From: Candidatus Velthaea sp.
Lineage (GTDB): Bacteria; Vulcanimicrobiota; Vulcanimicrobiia; Vulcanimicrobiales; Vulcanimicrobiaceae
DNA length: 36,759 nucleotides
Assembly (NCBI GenBank): GCA_965214935.1
Contig: CBDCCS010000024.1
Coordinates: forward strand, 1-36,759
Direction: 5' to 3'
A program made the translations under genes and the position numbers. This document shows, piece by piece, positions 18,249 to 27,548 of the stretch (its first letter is position 1; each line of letters opens with the position of its first letter). The notes beneath the pieces are model-generated. The model had not been told where the DNA came from. It saw only the letters and a list, made by a program, of their open reading frames with translations, and did no database searches.

Positions 18249-20312
18249 TCATTTTCGAGCGGCTTCGATCTCGCTCACGAGTCGGTCGGCATGATAGACC
18301 TTGGACAGGCCGGCAAGTAACGCACGGCTATCGACCGCCACCGCGCGATTGCGCGTGCCATCGTAACCATACGCGCCGCCCAACGAATAGATGTTGCCGT
18401 CGAAGATAAGGCCGATAACATCGCCCGATGTGTTCATGAGCGGACTGCCCGAATTACCGCCGATGATGTCGTTGGTCGTCGCTAGATTCATCGGAGTCGC
18501 CAAGTTAAGCGTCGACTTTGCAGCTAGCCAGCTTTGGGGTAAGGCGTACGGCTGCGCTCCGGTGGCGCGATCGAACAGGCCACCGATGGTGGTGTACGGC
18601 GCCACCGGCGTACCGTTGGCGTCGTACCCTTTGACGCTGCCGTAACTGAGCCGCAGGGTAAACGTCGCATCCGGATCGACCGACGTGCCGTAGACCGCGA
18701 AGCGCGCTTTGGCGATCCGTTCAGCGGCGCTCCGCGACGGGGCGTCGATCCGCGCCTCGTAGTCTTTGCGGATTGCGCGCGCGGCCGGATCGACGCGTTT
18801 CGCATACACGATCATCGGATCGGTCGATGCATCGACGGCTGCCTGTCCGCCCTCGAAGAGTGCTTTGCGAACGGCCGGATCGCCCAACTTCGTACCGCTC
18901 ACGAGACGCTGCGCCAAGGCATCCGGTGCTTCTTTGCCGAGCACCAGTTTGACCAGCGGATCGTCGGTGCCTAATTGCTCGCGCACTTGCGTGAGCGCAA
19001 AGCTTAACGACACTTCCTCGTAATCCGGAAAGACCGGAATCGGCGCCTCGAGTTCTTGCGCCACGCCGACGAGCGCCGCATCCGTATACTCGGGCAAGCG
19101 TTGGCCGTTGGGCTTCTTGCGTTCCGCTGCGGCTTGGACCAGCGTGTGCGCGTAACCCAGCAGGCCACCGTTGAAGGCATACCCGTTGAAGACGTTATAG
19201 CGTGGCGCTAATTGTTCGCGCAGCGGCTGCAACGCGGCGATCAGATCCCAGGCGGACCCGTCGGCTGCCTGCAAGGCCGGGTTCGCGGCCACGGCGCTGC
19301 GTAACTTTTGCTCGTCGGCAACGCGCGCTGCGAAAAAGGCCGGATCGTTGAGTGCCCGCTGCTGACCGAGAAGCGCCTTGTACGAGTTCTCCACGTAGAA
19401 CCGGGTTTCGTTCGTTTCCCGCTGTTGCTCGGGACCGCGACGCCCGAACTCTTCGAGAATGCCGCGGAATTCGGCCAGCGTCGGAAGCTGGCGCGTAAGA
19501 CTGAATTCTCGCGCGTAGGCCATCTGCGTTTGCGTTAATTCGCGCGACGTCCGGCCCGGGTTGCCGGCGACGAACACCAGATCGCCGGTCTTCGAGCCGT
19601 TCGCACTCCAGCGCAGATAGTCGGGGGTCGCCGCCGGTTTACCGTTTTCGTACGCCCGCACCACACCAATATCGAAGTCGAAGCGCGGAAAATTAAAGTT
19701 ATCCGGATCGCCGCCGAATTGAGCGACGGCAAATTCCGGCGCGAACGCGAGCCGTACATCCGTATACCGGTGGTAGTGATAGAGGTCGTAGACGCCGCCG
19801 TGATAGAGCGACACGACGTCGCACCGGATCGCCGGATCCTTACCGCACGTTTGCTGTGCCGCCGCTTCCGCCGCGTGCTGCGCGGCGTTTGCCGCGTCGC
19901 CTGTTTTGCCGGCCGTCGCGGCTTGAATTTGCGCTGTGACATTCTCGATTGCGGTGAGCGCGTCAAGTTCGAAGTTCGGGCAGGCGCGTTCGTCTTCTTG
20001 ACGTTTGGCCAAGAAGCCGGCCGTGACATAATTCTGTTGGCTCGTCGACAATTGCTCGACACACTCAACGACGCAGTGATGATTCGTCATCACCAAGCCG
20101 GCCGGTGAGATGAATGAAGCCGAACAACCGCCGGCGATACGCACTGACGCCTTGCGGACGCGATCGAGAAATTGAGGCGTCGGCGTGAAGCCGTAGGTTT
20201 GGGCGACTTTCGCCGCCGGAAAGTTATCGAACGTCCACATGCCCTCGTCGGCGGCGGCCAACCCAACCGACGCGAGAAACAGAGCCAAAACAAACGTTGT
20301 GTAGCGCAGCAT
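18249..20312 (-). CDS. S46-family dipeptidyl peptidase (DPP7-like)
   Basis: Signal peptide then DEGMW, GGCSASF, MTNHHC, FGGDPDNF, PDATFTLRLSYG, TNDIIGGNSGSP, FDGN. Confidence 0.95.
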   Translation of the reverse strand: MLRYTTFVLALFLASVGLAAADEGMWTFDNFPAAKVAQTYGFTPTPQFLDRVRKASVRIAGGCSASFISPAGLVMTNHHCVVECVEQLSTSQQNYVTAGFLAKRQEDERACPNFELDALTAIENVTAQIQAATAGKTGDAANAAQHAAEAAAQQTCGKDPAIRCDVVSLYHGGVYDLYHYHRYTDVRLAFAPEFAVAQFGGDPDNFNFPRFDFDIGVVRAYENGKPAATPDYLRWSANGSKTGDLVFVAGNPGRTSRELTQTQMAYAREFSLTRQLPTLAEFRGILEEFGRRGPEQQRETNETRFYVENSYKALLGQQRALNDPAFFAARVADEQKLRSAVAANPALQAADGSAWDLIAALQPLREQLAPRYNVFNGYAFNGGLLGYAHTLVQAAAERKKPNGQRLPEYTDAALVGVAQELEAPIPVFPDYEEVSLSFALTQVREQLGTDDPLVKLVLGKEAPDALAQRLVSGTKLGDPAVRKALFEGGQAAVDASTDPMIVYAKRVDPAARAIRKDYEARIDAPSRSAAERIAKARFAVYGTSVDPDATFTLRLSYGSVKGYDANGTPVAPYTTIGGLFDRATGAQPYALPQSWLAAKSTLNLATPMNLATTNDIIGGNSGSPLMNTSGDVIGLIFDGNIYSLGGAYGYDGTRNRAVAVDSRALLAGLSKVYHADRLVSEIEAARK

Positions 20313-20320
20313 CGCAGTGT

Positions 20321-21217
20321 CTACGATACAGAAATGCCCGGTGTTTCACCGGCCGGCGGTTTTGCCGTCATGAATCGTGCGATTGCCGCGGCGACGAGCG
20401 GCGCCTCCTCGACCATTGGTAAATGGCCGCTGCGTTCGCAAACGAGCGTCTCGGCCTGCGGATACACGGATCGCGTACTGGCCAGCGCTTGGATCGGAAT
20501 GAACCGGTCGTGCCGGCCCCAGATCAGCAGCGTCCTGCCGGTCCAGCCGCCGAGCCGGGCCGCGACGGCCGGAGCGTCGCGGAAATCCTGAATCGCGCCG
20601 GTATAGACGCCGGCGAACGCGCGGCGAACGTCGGCATCGGCGGCGAAGCCGAAGGCCGCTTCCCGAATCTGCGCTGGAATCGAGGCCGGATCGACCACCG
20701 ACCGGTCGAGCGTTCGCTCGACGAAGCTGCGGCCGGGGCGGCGCGTAAAGAGCCAGCGCGCGAGTTGGCTGCCCAACAGCGCATACAAAAAACGCGCGGC
20801 GCGCAGAAAACCGGCCGGCGCGATCAGGATCAGCGCCTCGACGCGCCCGGCGTTTGCCGCGGCGAAGGTAGCCGCGATGTAGCCGCCGAGCGAGTGTCCG
20901 CAGAGCACGAAGCTGGCCGGCGCGAGTTCGTCGATGACGGCCGTGACGACGCGGGCGAAGAACGCCGTATCGTAGCGGGTGTTCGGTTTCTCGCTGCGGC
21001 CGAAGCCCGGCAAGTCGAAAGCGATAATGCGTAGATCGGGATCGAGTAGCGGCACCACGGTGTCCCAGGCGGCTTGCGTCCAATGACCCAGGCCGTGAAC
21101 GAGCACCAGCGTCCGGGCCGCCGGCGCACTGCTGCCGGCCTCAAACGCCACGATATGCAGGCCCGCCGCCACGATACGCCGCTCGCGCCAGCCGGCGACG
21201 ACATTGCTGTCGATCAC
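20321..21217 (-). CDS. Alpha/beta fold hydrolase
   Basis: LVHGLG, DLPGFGRS, GHSLGG nucleophile elbow, WGRHD, SGHLP. Confidence 0.92.
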   Translation of the reverse strand: MIDSNVVAGWRERRIVAAGLHIVAFEAGSSAPAARTLVLVHGLGHWTQAAWDTVVPLLDPDLRIIAFDLPGFGRSEKPNTRYDTAFFARVVTAVIDELAPASFVLCGHSLGGYIAATFAAANAGRVEALILIAPAGFLRAARFLYALLGSQLARWLFTRRPGRSFVERTLDRSVVDPASIPAQIREAAFGFAADADVRRAFAGVYTGAIQDFRDAPAVAARLGGWTGRTLLIWGRHDRFIPIQALASTRSVYPQAETLVCERSGHLPMVEEAPLVAAAIARFMTAKPPAGETPGISVS

Positions 21218-21256
21218 GTGATAAGAACCGGCTGGTATGGGCGCGAAGGACGCCGG

Positions 21257-21793
21257 ATGCGGTGTATGCCCCGACTGTGGGCGTTGGTAATGGCGGTTCT
21301 CCTCGTTAGTTGTTATTCCGGCGGCGGTCCGAAGCGCACGATCGATGGCGGGGCCGGCGGTCCGGGTGCGTTAGCTGGTGCGCCGGCGGTTAGTTACGAC
21401 GTCAAACGATTGGACGGCCGAACCGATGCGCTCGACCGGTATCACGGCTCGGTGGTCGTCATGAATTTGTGGGCAACGTGGTGTCCGCCGTGCCGGGAAG
21501 AAATGCCGGATTTGCAGCGGTTCGCGCGCGAAAGTCAAGCTAAGGGCGTCGTCGTGCTGGGCATCGATCAAGGCGAGTCGGCCGCGACCGCCGGTGCTTT
21601 CGCGCGTGCACACGGCGTCACATTTCCAATCTTGCTCGACGCGGACCAGCAGTACGGACGCAGTTATGCAGCGATCGGCTTACCGACGACTGTTATCGTC
21701 GATCGGACGGGCCATGTGGTCCGCGGTATCGACGGGCAGCTGTCACTCGCGCAGATGCGCGCCGCGGTCGGCCCAGCGCAGCACGCCCGGTGA
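21257..21793 (+). CDS. TlpA/ResA-like thiol-disulfide reductase lipoprotein
   Basis: Lipobox-like LVSC; NLWATWCPPCREEMP; FPILLD; GLPTT. Start 21257 or 21266. Confidence 0.9.
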   Translation: MRCMPRLWALVMAVLLVSCYSGGGPKRTIDGGAGGPGALAGAPAVSYDVKRLDGRTDALDRYHGSVVVMNLWATWCPPCREEMPDLQRFARESQAKGVVVLGIDQGESAATAGAFARAHGVTFPILLDADQQYGRSYAAIGLPTTVIVDRTGHVVRGIDGQLSLAQMRAAVGPAQHAR

Positions 21794-22746
21794 ATGCTCG
21801 CGTCGTTGCCGGCATAGCTGCCGTCGCCGCGATTGCGCTGACCGCGGCGCAGGACGTGCGGCCGGGTCTCGATATTTACCACACCTGGCAATATGCGGCG
21901 CTCATGAGCATCGCGATCATCATGCTGGTAAATTATGCGTGGGGGGCGCGAACGGGCCGCGACGGCTCGAATGGACAGCGCTTCGCGGTCGGCGTTTTGG
22001 GAGCGCTTGTCATCGCGGTGGGCGGGTTGTTGTCGGGTCTGATCGGGCCCGATACGATTGCCGTCGGCGGTTCACCGGGGACCGTCACTCCGGTGCCCGA
22101 TCTGCAAGCGGCGGCGTTTTTCAGTGCCGCCGATCCACAAACAATCGCGCGCGGCGATGCTACCGTTTCGCTGCGGCAGAAGGGGGCCGACCCGATGTTC
22201 GTACCGGCCGGCGGCCGCGTGTATATTGGAACGTCGATTGCATATCTCGAGTCGCGGCCGGCAGCGTATATCGTGGCGCACGACACGCACGGAAATCGCC
22301 TGACGGTGACCCAGCCCAATAATGCGACGTTTCTTTCGCCGGTCTTACTTTTTGCGCAAACGCAGCCGCTGCGCGATAAAAATTATCCGCTCGATACGTT
22401 TGCAACGCCCGGACTGCATCGCATCGCGCGTGCGTTATACTTCAGTGCCGACGATGCGCAGACGTTCAATCATCTGGGTGCCAAGCAGCCGGCCTTGGTG
22501 CTGTCGGTCAATGACGACGCCGGGAAGAGCGTTGGACTTACCATCGCGCCCTCGGGCAAGCCGGTAATTGTCGGCGATCTGCAAGTAACGGCAACGCTGG
22601 GAACCTATCCAAAATTAATGGTCGCGTCGGCGCCGCACCCGGCGGTCTTCGCCATCGGCATGTTGCTCTTCATCGGCGGCGCCGGCTCGGCGTTCGCGCC
22701 GCCGCGCCGGAGCAAACCGCTGGGCGCGCCGGCGGTCGAGCGTTAG
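21790..22746 (+). CDS. Hypothetical membrane protein coupled to TlpA
   Basis: GTGA overlap with tlpA; three N-terminal hydrophobic segments, a soluble domain, one C-terminal TM segment. Confidence 0.7.
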   Translation: MNARVVAGIAAVAAIALTAAQDVRPGLDIYHTWQYAALMSIAIIMLVNYAWGARTGRDGSNGQRFAVGVLGALVIAVGGLLSGLIGPDTIAVGGSPGTVTPVPDLQAAAFFSAADPQTIARGDATVSLRQKGADPMFVPAGGRVYIGTSIAYLESRPAAYIVAHDTHGNRLTVTQPNNATFLSPVLLFAQTQPLRDKNYPLDTFATPGLHRIARALYFSADDAQTFNHLGAKQPALVLSVNDDAGKSVGLTIAPSGKPVIVGDLQVTATLGTYPKLMVASAPHPAVFAIGMLLFIGGAGSAFAPPRRSKPLGAPAVER

Positions 22747-22755
22747 GCTTCGACA

Positions 22756-24021
22756 TCACGTAACGCGTTCGAGCGCGATTCGGGCTGCTTCGTTTTGGCC
22801 ATGGATCGCCCAATCCAGCGGCGTTCCGGACCACAACGTATCGCGGATATCGGTTCGTGCACCGCGCGCGAGAAGAAACTCGATCAAGTCGGCCCGATCG
22901 TCCGCCGCCGCCTGATGCAGGGCCGTGCTATGTGCATGGACCGGCAAGAACGCATCGACATTCGCCGCCGCGTCGAGCGCTACTTGCGCCGCTGCGGGCT
23001 GTCGGTTGATGACGGCCAAACCGAAGGCCGCCTGCACGTCATCCGCGCTCGCAGCGGCCAGCAGCGTGGCAAGCTGACCAATTTCTCCGAGCGCGGCCGC
23101 GATCAACGCGCTAGGCGGATAACCGTATTGGCGTAACTCGCGCAGCGCATCGAGTTCCCGGTGAGCGGCAGTCCAGAGCACGGTGTCGCGCGTTGCGTGC
23201 GCGCCGGCGGCGAGCAGTTCGCGCATGAGCGGCGTTTGCTGCCCCTGTTCGCGGGCCGCGGAACTCGTCATGACCAAATTCAGCGCGTAGTCGAGATCGT
23301 CCGGCTCAACGCCGCGTTCGATCATCGTGCGCGCAATATCCGGACTGTTGGGCGCCATTTGATCGACGAGCGTCGGATTGTTGGCAATGAACCAAAACAG
23401 TTTCGGGTCGCGAAAATAATCGGAGCGCGTCGCCAGCCGGTACGCTTCGGGTCCGACGTTGCGCTCGTGCAGTAACTGCGGTTTGGCAGCGAGGAGCTCG
23501 CGCAAGGCCGCAACGTCGCCGCCATGAATAGCGGCAACCGCGGCGCGAAACGTCGGGTCGGCGATCGTGCTGCGATCTAGGAGCGCGACAATCGCGGCAC
23601 GTTCGCGCGTTCGGCCGCGCCGCGCTGCGTCGAGGGCGATGCGCCCGGCGCGATCGGGTTGCCAGACGAGCGCGCCGCCGGCGATCAACGCTTCGACGAC
23701 TTCTAACGGTCCGTGTCGCGCGGCAAGGTGTAACGGCGGCTCGCGGCCGTCACCGGTGCGCGGATTCACGCCTTCGGCGAGCAGACGGCGGACCTGCGCG
23801 ACGTCGCCGGCGCGGATCGCCGCAACCAGCGGTGACCGGCGAACGCCGCTCTCGCCCGACCGCCGTGCGGCTTCACGCAGCAACGCCGCCCAATTTGGAA
23901 ACCCGTAGGATTGCGCGATTTCGCGCTGTGCGGCGGCGAGCTGCACCGAGCGTTCACGCGCGAAGCGCTTGGCGTGTTTGCGCAAATACTCGGCCGACGG
24001 GCGTAACGGCAGGGCGGGCAT
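22756..24021 (-). CDS. Ankyrin repeat protein with small N-terminal helical domain
   Basis: Ankyrin motifs SPLVAAIRAGD, PPLHLAARHG, TALHQAA, TPLDWA; N-terminus LPLRPSAEYLRKHAK...AQREIAQSYGFPNWAAL. Confidence 0.9.
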   Translation of the reverse strand: MPALPLRPSAEYLRKHAKRFARERSVQLAAAQREIAQSYGFPNWAALLREAARRSGESGVRRSPLVAAIRAGDVAQVRRLLAEGVNPRTGDGREPPLHLAARHGPLEVVEALIAGGALVWQPDRAGRIALDAARRGRTRERAAIVALLDRSTIADPTFRAAVAAIHGGDVAALRELLAAKPQLLHERNVGPEAYRLATRSDYFRDPKLFWFIANNPTLVDQMAPNSPDIARTMIERGVEPDDLDYALNLVMTSSAAREQGQQTPLMRELLAAGAHATRDTVLWTAAHRELDALRELRQYGYPPSALIAAALGEIGQLATLLAAASADDVQAAFGLAVINRQPAAAQVALDAAANVDAFLPVHAHSTALHQAAADDRADLIEFLLARGARTDIRDTLWSGTPLDWAIHGQNEAARIALERVT

Positions 24022-24125
24022 GGTTCGTCCTTTCCTGGTGTGCCCGACGTCCGCAAACGGGCAGGAAAGGTCGAACGAATCGACACGCAGCGAGCCGGTG
24101 GGCTGAGCCCTTTCCGCGGACGGGT
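24022..24125 (-). promoter_or_regulatory. Structured 5' leader (candidate cis-regulatory RNA) of the ankyrin gene
   Basis: 14-of-15 bp stem occluding the RBS, inner hairpin, and 10-bp loop-to-upstream complementarity with strand-specific G.U pairs. Confidence 0.6.
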
Positions 24126-24283
24126 GACCGCCGTTTCGGCCGCCGTCCTTTTCCGTGCCGCCACGGGCGTTTCCCGGCTGCCGGTTTTCGGGACTTCTAT
24201 GCTCGCGCTACCGCAGATCCGGCTGGTTCGTGCTGCGGCGCCTTCGGCAAGGTGCGCATCGCGGCGCGGCAAACGACATTATC

Positions 24284-24646
24284 ATGCAGTCAGACAATTC
24301 GACCTTACGCGGCGTCGACTTCACGATGTATCTGGTCGATGATATGCCGCGGGCGCGCGCCTTTTATGAGGCGCTCTTCGGCTTGACGGCCGGTGCGATC
24401 GACTCCGAGTATTTCGTCGAGTACGACCTTCCGGACGGCGGTACGTTGGCGCTCGCCAGAGATCCCAGCGCGGCTCGCGAGCCGTCGGGCGGCGCGATGT
24501 TCGGCGTAACGGATTCCGAAGCGTCGATCGCGCGGGTCGAGCAGCTTGGGGGCAAACTCCTACGCCGGTACAGCGGCCCCAATTGCAGCACGGGCTGGTG
24601 TATGGACACCGAGGGCAATCCGTTCGGCGTGCATCAGCGCAAGTAG
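24284..24646 (+). CDS. VOC (glyoxalase/bleomycin resistance) family protein
   Basis: VDDMPRARAFYEALFGL, FGVTD...VEQLGG, DTEGNPFGVHQ. Confidence 0.88.
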   Translation: MQSDNSTLRGVDFTMYLVDDMPRARAFYEALFGLTAGAIDSEYFVEYDLPDGGTLALARDPSAAREPSGGAMFGVTDSEASIARVEQLGGKLLRRYSGPNCSTGWCMDTEGNPFGVHQRK

Positions 24647-24734
24647 GAATTCCTGACAGCAACTCCGTTGATGAGGCGGATCTCTCTGCCGATATTGAGA
24701 TTGGCCGAATGGAGTTTCGCCGCGAGTCTAGCGC

Positions 24735-25205
24735 CTAATAGCAACTCCCGCGCTCGCGAATCGCGCGAATTTCCGTTGGGCTGAGGGAGCGCACCGGGGT
24801 CAAACACGACGTATCGAACTTCTTTAGTGTCTCTTTAGTGATGGCACCGGCCGCTTGAAACGGCGCGTAGCTGGCATCGGTGATCGTAGTGCCGTTACTC
24901 GCATCAAACTGCGCGGTCCACGCTTCGGCTTGCTCCTGGGCATACTCGTCGACGATCGAGTTTGGCAGCGTCGTGGGGACGGAGATGGTGGCTCGGCGCA
25001 TGTTGATATCCGCAAGCTGGGCCTGAAGATCAGTGTTGAGCGCGGTGAGCTTCGTGGATTCCAGGTTGACGCCTGGGGTGAGTTGGAGCAGTTCATGCAG
25101 CGTGGCGTAGGTGCCATCTTTACCGATCATGAGCATCCGACTCTTTGTAGAAAACCCGTTGGCGTCGACGAGCGAGATGCCGGTTAGTCGGTGGTTTCGA
25201 CTCAA
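24735..25205 (-). pseudogene. Chimeric ORF ending in an XRE/HigA-like regulator N-terminal fragment
   Basis: Last ~38 aa AGAITKETLKKFDTSCLTPVRSLSPTEIRAIRER resemble the N-terminus of HigA-type HTH antitoxins, stopping before the HTH; the upstream part is unrelated. Confidence 0.5.
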
Positions 25206-25389
25206 TAATTATTCGTATGTCCGATGGCGACTGAATTTGCTTTTCTTAGAAATCCAAGATGGAAGGCCTCCGCTCGCAGGCCTTCGTGCCTGTCGAATGT
25301 AGGTGGGCGGCGAATACCTGACGCGTTTTGAGGTCTTTTTTCGCGCAAACGCCGATGCAAGCACGAGCCTTCGAGTAGAATGAACTAGA

Positions 25390-25908
25390 TCAACTTCTGC
25401 ACCCGGCATCACACCCAGAGCACCAAAACGTCGGAAGATGATTCTTCTTATATGCGTCACGGGCGACGCAATCGATCCTCCTCCAGTAATTAGACGCCCC
25501 GGCAAATAGTGCGACCCCTCCAGGTGAGCGCCCGCCGGAAAGATCAAAATAGAGATTACCACTGCCGATCACCTGGCTACCATCCTGGTGATCTGAATCT
25601 TTAAAAAAGAAAATTAGTTTATCCGCTACCTTCGTAAACATCAGCGCCCAGCGCCGAGTTCGCGGAGTTGCCTCGAGAAGTGTCCGCATAACAATCAGTT
25701 CGTTCTGCGTTAGTCGAAAACCGCCGGCATCGCGGTAGCAGGTTGCGTAGTAAGTCTTCGGTTGCATATAGTGTGAAGTGGCGGACGCCTCTGAAGCATC
25801 AACTGCCGAAAGGAACAGCATAGTCATCAGGTTTAAAGCGAATAATGATCCCACTATAAGCCGAAATCGAGTCCAGCTTTGCCCTGCCGCGCAGATATCG
25901 GTCCGCAT
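25390..25908 (-). CDS. Hypothetical exported/membrane-anchored protein in low-GC block
   Basis: 172 aa ORF with N-terminal hydrophobic segment and Cys-rich tail (FWCSGCDAGC). Confidence 0.5.
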   Translation of the reverse strand: MRTDICAAGQSWTRFRLIVGSLFALNLMTMLFLSAVDASEASATSHYMQPKTYYATCYRDAGGFRLTQNELIVMRTLLEATPRTRRWALMFTKVADKLIFFFKDSDHQDGSQVIGSGNLYFDLSGGRSPGGVALFAGASNYWRRIDCVARDAYKKNHLPTFWCSGCDAGCRS

Positions 25909-25956
25909 TATATTAGGAACCTTATTAATAAATATTGCTTTAGGATTGCGCTTATT

Positions 25957-26700
25957 TTTAGCGTCTGGATACGCGCGGCGTTAATGCCGGACGTATCACG
26001 TTATCAGCGAATTCAAATCTTGGTTACCTATGTTCCCTGGCCAATATAGCAATTGATTCCATACATAGTTTTTTTCCACTTGCGTTAGTATTTGCAAGGT
26101 TGATTCCTTCATATGCATTAAAATTATGGATTACCAATACGGAGGGTTTTCACTGCATAAAACTCCAGTTGCATTATTATATTCTTTTGGATTGCGCCCA
26201 GCATTATCGAATGAAGTTGTAATTTGATATTGCCCACTCGCGTTGGATAACGTATTCGAAGTGTAGGCAATTTCAGGTTGCTGCAAGTTCGGTCCACCCG
26301 CAGTGTTTGCAGCGAAGCCAAACCATTCACCACTCGTAAAGTACTCGATGCTTGACCGATTGAGGTCGAGCGCCTAAAAAATAAAGTTCGAACCATCAAC
26401 CGCAAAATCTGAAACATTTTCGAACTTCATAATTGGAGCGACACTCTGTCCTTTTTACGTAACAGGATTGAAGTATGACGTGGCTAATACAAACTTTGTA
26501 GCGTTTGGGCTTCCAGCAACATTCTGAATCTGAACCGACCTTTGATATTGCCCGCCGCATGGTAAGTTACCTTCGATGTTGCGCCATTGAGTACTGCGGC
26601 TCGTCTGAATACTTGAGGCCTTACAATTTGGCACGAAATGGATCCCTTGAGAAGCCGAAACCCGAGGCTCGTCCAGTAATGTTTTCCCCGCTCCAAAAGG
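25957..26700 (-). pseudogene. AT-rich degraded gene of unknown family
   Basis: One frame stays protein-like across in-frame stops (TAA 26457-26455, TAG 26376-26374): ...LATSYFNPVT*KGQSVAPIMKFENVSDFAVDGSNFIF*ALDLNRSSIEYFTSGEWFGF... Confidence 0.45.
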
Positions 26701-26728
26701 GTCGGTCAAAACCGAGGCCCGGAGTTCC

Positions 26729-27548
26729 CTACAAGGCTCTGGCGCGGTAAAGTGTTGAGCGACCAACGCGGAAAACGCCTGCGACGTGGTTCGGACTCTC
26801 GCCGCGAGCGAGCATCTGCTGCGCCTCGCGGATCTGCGCGGGCGTGAGAGCAAAGGGTCGCCCCAGATGCTCGCCGCGGCACTTTGCTGCAGCGAGACCG
26901 GCGACGGTGCGTTCGCGTAGAACGTCGCGCTCGAATTGCGCAACGGCGCCAAGCACGGAGTAGAGCAGCTGACCCGCTGCGGTGCCGGTATCGATATGTT
27001 CGGTCAATGAGCGCAGCGCTACACCCCGCTCACGCAGCGTTTCGGCCGAGTCGAGCAGATGCGCAGGCTGCGTCCAAGCCGATCGAGTTGCCAGACGACG
27101 GGGTATCCCCGAAGCGAGATCCGCGATCGCGCGCTCGAGCCCGGGTCGCAATCGCAGCGAGCCCGAGGCGGCATCTTCGTGAATGACGGCGCACCCCGCA
27201 GCGCGCAGCGCATCGAGTTGCAGCGCGTCGTTTTCTCGTCCGTCGAGACGCGCCCATAGCCAACTAAGCGCGGCGAGCCGGTTCCAATGACCTGGGAGTC
27301 ATCCGTCGGGACTAGACGCGCTGGAGCCTTCTTTGCGTTCGGTTTCCGGGGTTCAGGGCGCGTCGACGCCGGTTTAGGTGCCGCCGGCGACGCTGCCGGG
27401 GCAAGCTTGACGACGACGCCGGCACGACGTCCTGGCCGTGGCGCTCGACGAGATGATCGAGTCGAGTGTCGTGCCCCGCCACATGCGCGGCGAGCAGCTT
27501 GTCGAGCGGAATTCCGCCTTTTCGTTTCGGGACAGATTTACGGGACAT
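26729..27548 (-). pseudogene. Serine resolvase/invertase with several frameshifts
   Basis: Across frames: LVGYGRVSTDE / LQLDALRAAGC...RPGLERAI / VVWQLDRLGRSL / LRSLTEHIDTGTAAG...AQFERDVLRERTVAGL...LGRP...VGRSTLYR; about four frame changes. Confidence 0.88.

Noticed and set aside
25262..25285. Perfect 8-bp hairpin GAAGGCCT/AGGCCTTC as a terminator or IS end
   Set aside because: No adjacent U-tract and no partner repeat found.
26374..26457. Stop-codon reassignment in the AT-rich ORF
   Set aside because: Both TAA and TAG plus frame changes occur, and these codons end normal genes in the window; decay fits better.
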